From: Geopsychrobacteraceae bacterium
GTDB lineage: Bacteria; Desulfobacterota; Desulfuromonadia; Desulfuromonadales; Geopsychrobacteraceae
DNA length: 64,000 nucleotides
NCBI GenBank assembly: GCA_963662315.1
Contig: OY759353.1
Location: forward strand, 2,720,001-2,784,000
Direction: 5' to 3'
Below the pieces are notes generated by a model. The model worked only from the letters and a program-made list of their open reading frames with translations. It had not been told where the DNA came from and ran no database searches. Positions 29,209-39,180 of the stretch are shown here, piece by piece. Numbering within the stretch: position 1 is the stretch's first letter; each line of letters begins with the position of its first letter. Position numbers and translations under genes: made by a program.

Positions 29209-30506
29209 GGTAGTGTTCAAAATTCTGTGTCAATTCGTTACTATCATCACAACCAAAGGAATGACACATGACTCAACCCAAAATCACCTTCGATCTAGAC
29301 GCTGCTCTTGCGGCCTTGCGTGAAGGCAAGGATCTCAACGGCAAAGACGGGATTCTCACTCCGCTGATCAAGCAGCTTACAGAAGCCGCCATACAGGCCG
29401 AACTTGATGAGCACTTGGCCAATGAGGAAGGCCCGAATCGCAAAAACGGTAAAACGTCAAAAACAGTCAAGTCCCTCTCGGACAGTTTTATTCTTGATAC
29501 TCCGCGTGATCGCGCCAATACCTTTGAGCCTCAGCTGGTTAAAAAAAATCAGACTCAGCTTACCGATGAGTTGGAGCGGAAAATCATTGCCCTGTTTGCT
29601 CTTGGTACGAGCTATCAGGATATTCGGCAACATGTCTCCGACATGTATGGAATTTCCGTTTCCAACGGCACAATTAACGCCGTAACCGACAAGCTCTTGC
29701 CGGACTTGCAAGCCTGGCGAGAGCGCGATCTTGAAGCGATTTATCCGATCCTCTGGCTGGACGCTATCCACTACAAGGTCAAGGAAAACGGCCGTTATAT
29801 CGGTAAGGCGATCTACACCATCCTGGGCCTGAACATCGAAGGCAAGAAAGAGCTTCTCGGACTCTATCTCTCCGACAATGAAGGGGCACACCACTGGTTA
29901 AGCGTTCTTACCGATCTGCATAACCGCGGGGTACAGGACATTTTGATCGCATGTGTCGATGGCCTCAAGGGTTTCCCCGAAGCTATCGAAAGCATCTATC
30001 CGAATACTGAAATCCAGCACTGCGTCATCCACCAGATTCGCAATTCGATCAAGTATGTAGCCTCAAAGAATCAAAAGGCCTTCATGGCTGATCTGAAGTG
30101 TGTCTACAAGGCAGCGACCCTCAACGCAGCGGAGCTGGCTTTGGACGACTTGGAATCGAAATGGGGTGAGAAGTATCCCATGGTCATTAAGTCTTGGCGC
30201 AGTAAATGGCCGACCTTATCCAACTATTTCAAGTACCCCGATTACGTCCGGACAGCCATCTATACCACCAATGCTGTGGAGGCGGTTCACCGACAGTTCC
30301 GCAAACTGACCAAGACAAAGGGTGGCTTCGCCAATGAAAACAGCTTGCTGAAGCTGCTTTACGCTGGCATACTCAAGGCCTCCGAGCGTTGGACACATCC
30401 GATTCAGAACTGGAATCTGACGCTGGCTCAGCTGACCATCCATTTTCCGGGTCGGCTGGAAAAACATCTCAGTCTATGAGCCTGACACAGAATCCTGAAC
30501 ACCCTC
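29209..30506 (+). mobile_element. Complete IS256-family element, 1298 bp
   Basis: Terminal IRs GGTAGTGTTCAAAATTCTGTGTCA / GAGGGTGTTCAGGATTCTGTGTCA (19/24); 8-bp target duplication GTCAAAAG at 29201-29208 and 30507-30514. Confidence 0.95.
29268..30479 (+). CDS. IS256-family transposase
   Basis: NRKNG, PRDR...FEP, WLDAI, DGLKGF, CVIHQIRN, IYTTNAVE; frame intact. Confidence 0.97.
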   Translation: MTQPKITFDLDAALAALREGKDLNGKDGILTPLIKQLTEAAIQAELDEHLANEEGPNRKNGKTSKTVKSLSDSFILDTPRDRANTFEPQLVKKNQTQLTDELERKIIALFALGTSYQDIRQHVSDMYGISVSNGTINAVTDKLLPDLQAWRERDLEAIYPILWLDAIHYKVKENGRYIGKAIYTILGLNIEGKKELLGLYLSDNEGAHHWLSVLTDLHNRGVQDILIACVDGLKGFPEAIESIYPNTEIQHCVIHQIRNSIKYVASKNQKAFMADLKCVYKAATLNAAELALDDLESKWGEKYPMVIKSWRSKWPTLSNYFKYPDYVRTAIYTTNAVEAVHRQFRKLTKTKGGFANENSLLKLLYAGILKASERWTHPIQNWNLTLAQLTIHFPGRLEKHLSL

Positions 30507-30507
30507 G

Positions 30508-30534
30508 TCAAAAGAAAGATCGCAGGGCCTCGCC
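30508..30534 (-). repeat. 3' end remnant of repeat module B
   Basis: GGCGAGGCCCTGCGATCTTTCTTTTGA versus GGCAAGACCCTGCG (58295) and CCCTGCGGTCTTGCCCTTGA (54052). Confidence 0.5.
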
Positions 30535-30544
30535 TTTAATCCCT

Positions 30545-32425
30545 TCATTTCTTTGGAATTTTTATAAGCTTAAATCCTGCCGCAACATATAGATAATTTT
30601 CATCAGCTTCAAGGTCGTAGCAGCTATTGCCACTGAAAAGAGTTTTAACTATTCCTCCCCCCTGAGGCATTTTAAAAACTGAATCACCCGCTATCCAATA
30701 GATATAATCATCATCGACCAAAAGTCCATCTGCTTCATCTGAGAGATCGTCACTAAGGTAAATGTTCTGAGTTGTCAGCTCAACATAGTATACCTCTCCC
30801 TCAGATATAAAATATAAAACGTCATCATGTTCATACAAACTTGTTATCTCATCTGGCCATGTTAACGTAACGGGTTCAAAGTCAACTCCATTTTTTGCAA
30901 CAATAGTTATCGTTCCGCCACCAGATGTTCCGCCAACATTTCCTAGCACAAACAGTCGGTCACGATATGGAATAATACTGCGTCCTGAACCCTCTACTGA
31001 TACCAATAATTTCGATTCCTTGCTTTTCAGATCAAAAGAATAAACATCAAAAGTTCTGGTTGAACTACTAGAGCCAATAATATAGAGAGTATCTCCTTCT
31101 CCAGTCATATATTTAGGCGAAAATGATTGATCAGAAGGAACTATCCATTCCTCATTTAGTGTTGCCTGCCCAGTATTAGGAATTGTTTTTACTCCCTCGG
31201 TATCTCCAATTAAGACATGGCCACTATACAAAGATAATTGTGCTCCAGCTCCAGGATTTCTTAAAATTACTGTAGGCTCTTCCCCATTTTTTCCAACTCT
31301 TACAATAGCATTATTAATTGCCCAATAGAAATCCGTTGAATCCGCAGCAAAAACTCCATTGGGTTCAAATTTCCTCTCCAATTCGGAAACTAGCACAACT
31401 TCTCCACCGTTTTTAGGAGCTCTATAAATACTGACCACAGAATTCAGAAAATCGTACAGAGTCCAATAAATGAAATCATTATCCGCTGGTAACAAATATG
31501 TAAAGTGTGCATTCCCAGGTTGAACACTCGTAATATCAATGATATTTGTACCTTCATCCTGGATTTTTTTTACTCTTCCACCATTGTAAAAAAAGAGTCC
31601 ATCAACATCTGGCGATATATCGCGACTTTGAATGTACTCTGAGAAAACTAAGCGGGTAGACGAACCGTCCTTAGCAAGGCAATATAATTCGTTTTCATTG
31701 ACAAGTGCATATAGGTAACCATCAGTTACAAATAAAGGAATTTCACTGAAAAAATTAAGATTGTCTGATCCAGGTAGATTCGTTAAGAATTCAATACTCC
31801 CATCTTCAGTTGAAATTTTGTAAACGTCCCCAGTCAAAGATTCAGATGCATAAATAAAATCACCATCAAAAACAACTCGAAGCCTGTTCTCTACAGTTGC
31901 TTCAAATAAGACCTCGGTAGAATCTTCATCGATCTCACCCCATTCCGAGGTTAATGCCAAAGGGGTTCTGAGCAACTGTCCTTCAGTAACCCAATAGGCA
32001 TTAGTACCATCATTGAAGACATCAAGAATTTGACTACCGGTTCCTTTTACAAGAGTTGTCTTTCCTTCGGCATCATCTTGCACCGAATAGACACCACCAT
32101 TAGTCGTAGCTGACATAAAATATAAGACACCATCATAATCATATAGATGTCTTATACTTAATAAAGAATCCGCATATACATTGGTGATTCTCCCATCGCT
32201 AATATCAACTCTTTGAATTTCGCCTCTATTATTGTCGTTTAAATAAACATGGTTATCACTCACAAATAAATTAGTGATCCCCCCAGACGAGCTCTCAAAC
32301 ATAACAGAATAATCTTGCTGCGAATCTATTGGTTCATCTCCTCCAGTGCCTCCGCCACCACAACCACCCAACAGCAGAAAGAAAATTGCGCACGCAAAAC
32401 CTGTGATGCTACTCATTCGAAGCAT
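30545..32425 (-). CDS. AT-rich lipoprotein with beta-propeller-like repeats (DUF5050-like)
   Basis: Lipobox LLGG-C then GGGG; repeated D..YIYW/..K.G units; acidic; visibly lower GC than the flanks. Confidence 0.75.
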   Translation of the reverse strand: MLRMSSITGFACAIFFLLLGGCGGGGTGGDEPIDSQQDYSVMFESSSGGITNLFVSDNHVYLNDNNRGEIQRVDISDGRITNVYADSLLSIRHLYDYDGVLYFMSATTNGGVYSVQDDAEGKTTLVKGTGSQILDVFNDGTNAYWVTEGQLLRTPLALTSEWGEIDEDSTEVLFEATVENRLRVVFDGDFIYASESLTGDVYKISTEDGSIEFLTNLPGSDNLNFFSEIPLFVTDGYLYALVNENELYCLAKDGSSTRLVFSEYIQSRDISPDVDGLFFYNGGRVKKIQDEGTNIIDITSVQPGNAHFTYLLPADNDFIYWTLYDFLNSVVSIYRAPKNGGEVVLVSELERKFEPNGVFAADSTDFYWAINNAIVRVGKNGEEPTVILRNPGAGAQLSLYSGHVLIGDTEGVKTIPNTGQATLNEEWIVPSDQSFSPKYMTGEGDTLYIIGSSSSTRTFDVYSFDLKSKESKLLVSVEGSGRSIIPYRDRLFVLGNVGGTSGGGTITIVAKNGVDFEPVTLTWPDEITSLYEHDDVLYFISEGEVYYVELTTQNIYLSDDLSDEADGLLVDDDYIYWIAGDSVFKMPQGGGIVKTLFSGNSCYDLEADENYLYVAAGFKLIKIPKK

Positions 32426-32632
32426 ACCCCTCCTTATTGATCTCTAGAAAAGACGATTAAAAACGGTAAAAAATAAAACGGATACATTTTGTAACCAATA
32501 GAAATTATTATTTTTTTTAAATACAACCTAATAATCAAGGCTCACAGGAAACAGAGATATTGGCCTAAATCTTCAACAGAAACATTGAGGAACCCATGTA
32601 TACTTTGGACCTTGGGTTTATAATATCTACCC

Positions 32633-32766
32633 TTTTAAAATAAATCCAGGATCGGGCGGCGGTATGTTTTAGGATACCACCAGCAACTAACTGGTCGGCC
32701 GACGGCCAAGATCACGCCTGATGGCCAGAACCGCAAATGCCGTTGGCATTAAATTGGTAATAGAAC
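32633..32766 (-). repeat. Structured interspersed repeat, module A
   Basis: Reverse complement aligns with 58124-58258; core identity 66/81 by hand count. Confidence 0.85.
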
Positions 32767-32798
32767 GGACTGGACCTCTCGGGGAGGATGGTAGCGCG

Positions 32799-33221
32799 TT
32801 ACTTCGCCAACAACGCCCCGGTTGTCGTACACACCAACTTACCATGCACAACGCCACGGGTCCCGATCAGCTCATCAGCAATCTTTTTAACCGCTGCGGC
32901 CGTCCCCTTAACCACCACAACTTCCAGGCAGAAATGGGCATCCAGATGAATATGCAGGGTACTGACGATATCATCCGTATGGGAATGCTGATGATCCGTC
33001 AGCTTGGCCGCCAGTTCACGGGTGTGATGATCGTAAACAATGGTCACCGTACCGACCACCTGCTCATCCTCATTACTCCACACCTCTTCCACCAGAGCAT
33101 TACGCACCAGATCACGCACCGCTTCAGAACGGTTGGAATAACCTTTTTCCTGAATAAGCTCATCAAACCGACTGAGTAAACTGGCGTCCATGGATACCCC
33201 GAAGCGGGACAAATCTGCCAT
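32799..33221 (-). CDS. nikR: Nickel-responsive regulator NikR
   Basis: RFGVSM RHH domain, [26 protein letters not shown]. Confidence 0.96.
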   Translation of the reverse strand: MADLSRFGVSMDASLLSRFDELIQEKGYSNRSEAVRDLVRNALVEEVWSNEDEQVVGTVTIVYDHHTRELAAKLTDHQHSHTDDIVSTLHIHLDAHFCLEVVVVKGTAAAVKKIADELIGTRGVVHGKLVCTTTGALLAK

Positions 33222-33270
33222 CTGCTTTCCCCTGTTTTTGTTATTAAAAAAACCATCGCACAATATATGC

Positions 33271-33286
33271 GCAGCTACAGTGCCAA
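33271..33286 (-). promoter_or_regulatory. Candidate sigma54 promoter of nikR
   Basis: TTGGCAC-TGTAG-CTGC, 50 bp before the ATG. Confidence 0.5.
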
Positions 33287-33448
33287 GCAACTATAAGGAA
33301 TTTTTTATGCCAGCTCAAGTTCTCACTGAGTCGCAACAGATTGTAACCAATATGACCGCAGCCCTTGAGCACAATGACAAGGAGAGTTATCATCTCCTCA
33401 AAACGTGCGCCCAATGACCTCTATAACCGCTAAATTGAAGGAGTTATT

Positions 33449-34033
33449 ATGACTCGAGCAAACAGGCTGCTGACATGCAGTGGCCTAATTCTTTTGACCT
33501 TGTTCTTAAGCGCCTGCAGTACGCGTGGTATCAACGATAAATACCTTGGTGCCACAGAACAGCGCCTGTTGACTATCAGTGTCGATGAACTGATGAAGAA
33601 ACTTCCAGAGGATGATTTTTTGCCTCTGCACGGCAAAAAAGTTTATGTTGAGAGCCACTTCGTGGAGGAAAACAGCACCTCTCAATATGCTCAAAAGCGC
33701 TTTGAGTTGGAACTGCAAGAACGCTTTTCGCTCAGTTTGACTGACGATGCCAACAAAGCCGATACCACCCTTGAGGTGTTCTTCATTGCCCTGGGCACAG
33801 ACCAGGACAGTTTTGGTTTCGAAACGCCTGAGTTTGTTATCCCCGGCACTGGATCCACCGTCAGTATCGATCTGATTTCCCTGCACATGTATCACGGCAT
33901 ATCAGAGCTTTATTATTACGCTATCGACAAGCGCAGTGGTGATATTAAACGTAGTGAACGCTTCAAGGCAACTACCCGTGCAGACAAGCTGGCGCTGCCA
34001 ATCATTTCTATTCCCATCGATACCCTTGAATAG
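33449..34033 (+). CDS. Lipoprotein of unknown function
   Basis: Lipobox LSA-C; ATEQRLL..SVD; GAAGGAG RBS. Confidence 0.75.
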   Translation: MTRANRLLTCSGLILLTLFLSACSTRGINDKYLGATEQRLLTISVDELMKKLPEDDFLPLHGKKVYVESHFVEENSTSQYAQKRFELELQERFSLSLTDDANKADTTLEVFFIALGTDQDSFGFETPEFVIPGTGSTVSIDLISLHMYHGISELYYYAIDKRSGDIKRSERFKATTRADKLALPIISIPIDTLE

Positions 34034-34101
34034 TCTCTGCAGTTAAAAGAATCTTGTCCGCAGACCTGCTATTGTCGCTGTGGACAAGATTCTTTCGTTC
34101 A

Positions 34102-35835
34102 CTAATGTCCGGGATACAATCCCGGCAACGCAGATTCCTCCTGTGGCCCATTCTTCTGCTTACGCCAGCGTTGCAATTGATCGGCAAGGGCATCCCCCTG
34201 CCAGGCAACAGCCTTCTGCGTATAAAGAGCTTCCGACAACCGTTGTAACTCACCAGCAAGTTCAGGATTCAAGCAGCCTGCGAGTATTTCGAGGTTATGC
34301 CCGACCTGCGGCCACCGACAACGTCCCCACTCCAGCAGCGCCCCACGACTGCTGCGGGGCTCATTCTGATGCAGAACCTTGAGCAACTGTTTAAAGGCGT
34401 CCTTCTCTGGTGTGGCAACTTGCTCCAGAGTGATGTTGGTTGAATTTTCCTGCGCCTGCTTACAACGGTAACTGTAGCGCCACCATAGCAGCAGGGTTAA
34501 AAGCCAGCCTGCGCCAAGGACAGCACTGACCCACAACCAGGGAGAAGTACCAGTTGCTTGAGCAGCCACAGCGACGCTATTGACCTCCGGTTGTGGAGCT
34601 ACGGGCGCTGACTGCTTCTGCTCCGGTTGTCGAGTTGCCACCGGCGCCTGTTGTGCTGCGGGAGGAGTCTGCTGCCCAACGCTACCCGGGGCTGCCGGAG
34701 CGACTGTCACGGTCACGGAGGGAATCCGGGCAATCTGCCACTGGTGAGAACTCACATCATACCAATCCAGATCAAAACCGGGCAGTTTCATGGTCCCCGC
34801 CTGCGTCGGTACCACAGCAATCTTCTGCTGCAAAGTGCCGATACGGCCACTGCTGTCATCGCTGTCCGCGCGTACTGGCTGATCCGGATAACTCTTCCAG
34901 TTCGTGGGCAATGGCAGCTTCAAATCAGGGAGATGGGCTGCGGGCAGTCCTTTGACCTGCAGGGTCAGAGTCCGGGTCACCGGCTCACCAACACGGAACT
35001 GGGGGGTCTGATGCTGCCAGCTGTCCGACAGGCTAACGGCTGTTGCCGGAAGCCAAAGTCGACCATTGGTATCGGCTGGCTGAGGTTGAACCTCCACCGT
35101 TTGCTCCGCGGAAAAACGCCGCAGGGTCCTGGTGCGGGTTGAAAACGAACTGATGCCACCACCATCGGCCACCTGGGCTTGCAGAGTCAGGCGGGGAATA
35201 GTCAATTGCCCTGCTTCTTCGGGAAACACCGCATAGCGGCGCTCGATAGCCTGATACAGATAGCCAGCACGCCGGGTTTCAAAACTGCGGTCTTCACCCA
35301 ACTGTTCGATGGCGGCGGAAACCCCTTGCGGCTCGACATTATCGAGCCCGGCACCGGCCAGACCGACACGATGCAAAACACGAATGGTCAACAGCACCTG
35401 TTGTCCCACCTTGACCGTATGTGGCTGAACATCCGTTTCAAGCAGCAGTTCGTCCCCTTTAACGGCTGTAGCCGGCTGGTCACTCACCTGAATAGTCAGG
35501 GGCATGGAACAGTCTTTGCCAAAACAGATCGCCGGAATATCGACCGCGCCACTGGCTTTTGGCATCAGGGTCAGACTGACCACCTTGGAACGGCTGAAGT
35601 TGCCGTTGATGATCTGCGTCTGGCTGCTGCTGGACTGATTAAGGATATCCCAATTCTGCTTCACAACACTTAAGTCCGGATCATCGTCGGGCTTGCCATC
35701 GACCCGCAGTTGCAGATTAAGGCTCTCGCCCAGTCCGATACGATCCCGGTCAGCGACTGCGTTGACCTGTGCTGCACAGATCGGCTCACAGGTGACTAAC
35801 AGCAGCAAAATCAGGGATAGAAGATATCTCACCAT
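34102..35835 (-). CDS. BatD-family protein
   Basis: Signal peptide, SSSQTQIING, ERRYAVFP, VGEPVTRT, late TM, C-terminal LPGLYP. Confidence 0.88.
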   Translation of the reverse strand: MVRYLLSLILLLLVTCEPICAAQVNAVADRDRIGLGESLNLQLRVDGKPDDDPDLSVVKQNWDILNQSSSSQTQIINGNFSRSKVVSLTLMPKASGAVDIPAICFGKDCSMPLTIQVSDQPATAVKGDELLLETDVQPHTVKVGQQVLLTIRVLHRVGLAGAGLDNVEPQGVSAAIEQLGEDRSFETRRAGYLYQAIERRYAVFPEEAGQLTIPRLTLQAQVADGGGISSFSTRTRTLRRFSAEQTVEVQPQPADTNGRLWLPATAVSLSDSWQHQTPQFRVGEPVTRTLTLQVKGLPAAHLPDLKLPLPTNWKSYPDQPVRADSDDSSGRIGTLQQKIAVVPTQAGTMKLPGFDLDWYDVSSHQWQIARIPSVTVTVAPAAPGSVGQQTPPAAQQAPVATRQPEQKQSAPVAPQPEVNSVAVAAQATGTSPWLWVSAVLGAGWLLTLLLWWRYSYRCKQAQENSTNITLEQVATPEKDAFKQLLKVLHQNEPRSSRGALLEWGRCRWPQVGHNLEILAGCLNPELAGELQRLSEALYTQKAVAWQGDALADQLQRWRKQKNGPQEESALPGLYPGH

Positions 35836-37685
35836 GACCGCTCATCCTCCTGGCCGCCTTGTTGATACATGTGACGATATTGATATTGAAATTTACGCCG
35901 TAACAGGCCACCCGGATCATCGGGTATCCTGCGTAACCACTGCTGCAATTCAGGGTCTTCCGGCGGTTTGTTCTCTGAGTCATCAGCCATGGCGGCCCGT
36001 TGCTCCTGCTTTTCACCTTCCTGAGCGTGCTGATCAGCAGCCTGTGCAGCTGAGTCCTGTTGCTGCCTATCAGTCTCCTGAGCCTGTTGCGGCTTGGCCT
36101 CGGACGGCTGTGCCTGTTTTTGCCGGTCATCAGCGGCTTGCTGCTCTGCCTGTTGCGCACCAGAGGACTGCTTTTGGTTCTCCTGGTCAGCCTGCGGCTC
36201 TCCCTGATCGGAACCCTGTTGTTGCTTCTGGCTATCAGACTGGGATTGCTGCTGATTCTGATCATCCGCTTTTTGCTGATCAGAGTTCTGCCCCTGCCCA
36301 TTTTGCTGTTGCTGTTTTTGCTGTTCCTGCTGCTTCAGGGTCTGCTCGACCAGATCACGATTGGCTTTTGCATCTGCCGAGTCAGGATCCGTCTTTAAGG
36401 CTTGATCATAAGCTTTGAGGGCCTCCTGCAACTTGCCGTTCTGGGCCAGCATATTACCACGGTTGTACCAGTCATCAGCCGTTTCAGGCTGAGGAGCCGC
36501 AGCCAGTGCCGCTTCGTAATCACCCGCCTGGTAATGGCTGCCAGCCTGCCAACGTGGATCAGCAAACCGCTTTGCCGCCTCCTGATAAGCCCCCTGCTGA
36601 TACTTTTCATAGGCCTGCTGCTGGGAGTTGCGCCATAACTCACTCCACTCAAGGGCCTGGGCGGATGGTGGCAGCAAAAATAACAACGGAAAAACCAGGA
36701 GCCAGCCGCGCCGGAACCCGCACAGCGCCAGCAGGACCAACGGCCACACCAGCCAGACACCCGCGTCCTGCCATAAATCACCGGTACGTTCAGCACCTTT
36801 TTCAGCCTGATCAAGGCTTCTGTTGCTTAAGTCTGTCAATAACGCTTTAAAATCACTGTCATCAATCGCCAGCCGTCGGTAAGCTCCACCACCCGCAGCG
36901 GCAAGCTCGCGCAAACCACTTTCATTCAGGCGCGGCAGCACCATGTTGCCCTGGCGATCCTTAAAAAAACCGCCGCCCGCTAGCGGAATCGGCGCACCTT
37001 CAGGCGTACCGGCGCCGATAATCTCCAGTTCCAGCCCCTGCTCACCTAATTGACTTGCGGAAGCCATGCTGAGCTGAGGACGATCCTCGTCAGTGATCAG
37101 CAGCAGCTTACCCTTGCTCAGGCCGGCCTGCTTGAGCAGCTGTCCCGCCAGTTCAAACGCTTTAGACGGACGACTCCCCTGCACCGGCATCATATCCGGA
37201 TCAAGACTGCCAAGCAGTGCCTGGATGGTGTGGGTATCATCGGTCAGCGGTGTCACAGTGAACGCATCGGCGCTAAAAGCAATCAAAGCGGTCTGCCCTT
37301 CACGCCTCTGGCGCAGGATATCCTCGATTTTGAGGCGGGAGCGTACCAGGCGGCTGGGTTTAAGATCGGCGGCCAGCATCGAACGGGACACATCCAAAGC
37401 AATGATCAATGCCGATTGCTGACGTAACACCGGCTGCGGCTGTTTCTGCCAGGTCGGTCCGGCCAGGGCCGTAATCCCGAGAAACGCCCCGACCAGTATA
37501 AATGCCAGCGGCCAATTGGCCCGCCGTGTTGATTTGCCAATCAGCAGATGAGGTAACAGTTCAGCATCGCAGATATCCCGCCAACTGCGGCTGTGCAGTC
37601 GCCGCTGCCACAGAATCCAGAGCAGGACCAACACGGGGATCAAGGCAGAAAACCACCAGGGGCGCAAGAAATGAAATTCGTTCAT
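35829..37685 (-). CDS. VWA + TPR protein (BatB/C-like) with Q-rich linker
   Basis: FHFLRPWW, DVSRSM MIDAS, YNRGNMLA TPR, WLRRIPDDPGGLLRRKF. Confidence 0.9.
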   Translation of the reverse strand: MNEFHFLRPWWFSALIPVLVLLWILWQRRLHSRSWRDICDAELLPHLLIGKSTRRANWPLAFILVGAFLGITALAGPTWQKQPQPVLRQQSALIIALDVSRSMLAADLKPSRLVRSRLKIEDILRQRREGQTALIAFSADAFTVTPLTDDTHTIQALLGSLDPDMMPVQGSRPSKAFELAGQLLKQAGLSKGKLLLITDEDRPQLSMASASQLGEQGLELEIIGAGTPEGAPIPLAGGGFFKDRQGNMVLPRLNESGLRELAAAGGGAYRRLAIDDSDFKALLTDLSNRSLDQAEKGAERTGDLWQDAGVWLVWPLVLLALCGFRRGWLLVFPLLFLLPPSAQALEWSELWRNSQQQAYEKYQQGAYQEAAKRFADPRWQAGSHYQAGDYEAALAAAPQPETADDWYNRGNMLAQNGKLQEALKAYDQALKTDPDSADAKANRDLVEQTLKQQEQQKQQQQNGQGQNSDQQKADDQNQQQSQSDSQKQQQGSDQGEPQADQENQKQSSGAQQAEQQAADDRQKQAQPSEAKPQQAQETDRQQQDSAAQAADQHAQEGEKQEQRAAMADDSENKPPEDPELQQWLRRIPDDPGGLLRRKFQYQYRHMYQQGGQEDERSW

Positions 37686-38680
37686 CCGCGCCTCCCGATC
37701 ACTGGTATGGAATCACGTAATAACATCAGCAAGGCTCCGCCTAACGCCAACCCTAGTGGCCAATAGAACAGGTCACTGACCGGACGATAACGATCCTGCT
37801 CACGCTCAGCCGGTTCCAACTGATCGAGCATCTGATAAATCTGCTCCAGCTCAGCGGTATTATGAGCCCGGAAATAACGACCTCCGGTCTGTTCAGCAAT
37901 AGCAGTCAAGGTTTTCTCATCCAGATCAGCGGACGGATTGACGGTCTGCGAAAAGAAGAAATTGCGTACCTGCATTTCATCGGCGCCAATACCAATGGTA
38001 TAAATCTTGAGACCTTGTTTGGCAGCCAACTCCGCAGCCTTTTGCGGCGTTAACTGGCCGGCGGTATTAGCCCCATCTGTCATCAGGATCAGCACCCGCT
38101 GTTTGGCTTCATCCGCCGTGGTGCGCTTTAAAGCAAGACCAATGGCATCACCAATAGCCGTCTGCTTTCCCGCCATACCAATCGCTGCTTCGCCTAACAA
38201 TATGCGCACGGTGCTCAGATCAAATGTCAGCGGAGCCTGTACATAAGGCTGATCGGCAAACAGGATCAGTCCGACCCGGTCGCCGGTGCGGCGCTGAATA
38301 AAATCGTCAGCGATAACCCGTAAGGCATCAATACGCTGGACCGCCTGACCGCGCAGTTCAAAATCAGCGGTTTCCATACTGCCGGACAGATCAACAGCCA
38401 GCAGCAGATCGCGCCCGGAAACCGGAAAATCGACCGGATCGCCAAGCCACTGCGGACGCGCACAGGCAATAACCAGCAGCAGCCAGCACAACAGGACCAG
38501 CAATTTGTACAATTTTGAGCGCACCGCCAAGCTCTGCTCATGGCGCGCCAGGCCAAAGCGGGATAACTGCGGCACCCACAAAGCCGCCTCCTCTGCAGCA
38601 AGGGCCGGCGGAGCAAAGCGATACACCAGGTAAGGTAACGGTAACAGGATAAAAGCCCAGGGCCAGGCAAAATGAATCAT
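37682..38680 (-). CDS. VWA-domain protein (BatA-like)
   Basis: DLSGSM, GDRVGLILF, TAIGDA, TDGANTAG. Confidence 0.92.
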   Translation of the reverse strand: MIHFAWPWAFILLPLPYLVYRFAPPALAAEEAALWVPQLSRFGLARHEQSLAVRSKLYKLLVLLCWLLLVIACARPQWLGDPVDFPVSGRDLLLAVDLSGSMETADFELRGQAVQRIDALRVIADDFIQRRTGDRVGLILFADQPYVQAPLTFDLSTVRILLGEAAIGMAGKQTAIGDAIGLALKRTTADEAKQRVLILMTDGANTAGQLTPQKAAELAAKQGLKIYTIGIGADEMQVRNFFFSQTVNPSADLDEKTLTAIAEQTGGRYFRAHNTAELEQIYQMLDQLEPAEREQDRYRPVSDLFYWPLGLALGGALLMLLRDSIPVIGRRG

Positions 38681-39180
38681 TTGCCCCTCCTCGGCTGGGC
38701 CGGAAGCTGTTTCAGCCAACGACGACACAGATTAAGTAGCGCAGAACGATCAAATTCAGGCTGCCGCTGATACGGACCGGCTCCCAGACATTTCCCGGGC
38801 CCACGACTGAAGGCGTCCTCCCCTTTCAGCTGAGAGTCGAGAAACAACAGCCAGTCATCCCCCTGCATTCCGGCACAACCGGAGCGAGGAAAGGCCAGCA
38901 ATGCTGCGCGCCGCAATAGCGCCGACAAGCTGGCCAGCAAAGCGCTAGCAGAGCTATCGCTCTGTTCCAGCACTCTTAACTCCTGCAATGCGGCACGCCG
39001 ATAGCGCAAGCGCCGCTGATATCTGATCAGCAACCAGAGCATAACCACCACCAGCAGGATCACCCCCGCCAGCAGCCACCAGCCCAGGGCCGGAGGCCAG
39101 AATCCCGGCGGCTCAGGCAGGTGCAAAGGGCGCAATGGTAAAGGAGTCGCAGGACTCTGGGTTGGCAGATTAGCGGGCAT
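38677..39180 (-). CDS. DUF4381-family protein
   Basis: LHLPEPPGFWPPALGWW, WLLFLD. Confidence 0.85.
   Translation of the reverse strand: MPANLPTQSPATPLPLRPLHLPEPPGFWPPALGWWLLAGVILLVVVMLWLLIRYQRRLRYRRAALQELRVLEQSDSSASALLASLSALLRRAALLAFPRSGCAGMQGDDWLLFLDSQLKGEDAFSRGPGKCLGAGPYQRQPEFDRSALLNLCRRWLKQLPAQPRRGK

Noticed and set aside
32633..32766. Integron attC interpretation of the repeat
   Set aside because: No RYYYAAC/GTTRRRY pair enclosing a single long hairpin, no tandem cassette array, and no integrase in the window.
32721..33417. ORFs 32721-33179 (+) and 33190-33417 (+)
   Set aside because: The first is an antisense shadow of nikR. The second has a possible RBS and ATG at 33307 (36 aa) but no other support.
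35980..36340. CAG-rich low-complexity tract as a possible repeat array
   Set aside because: It encodes the Q-rich linker typical of BatB/C-like VWA-TPR proteins.
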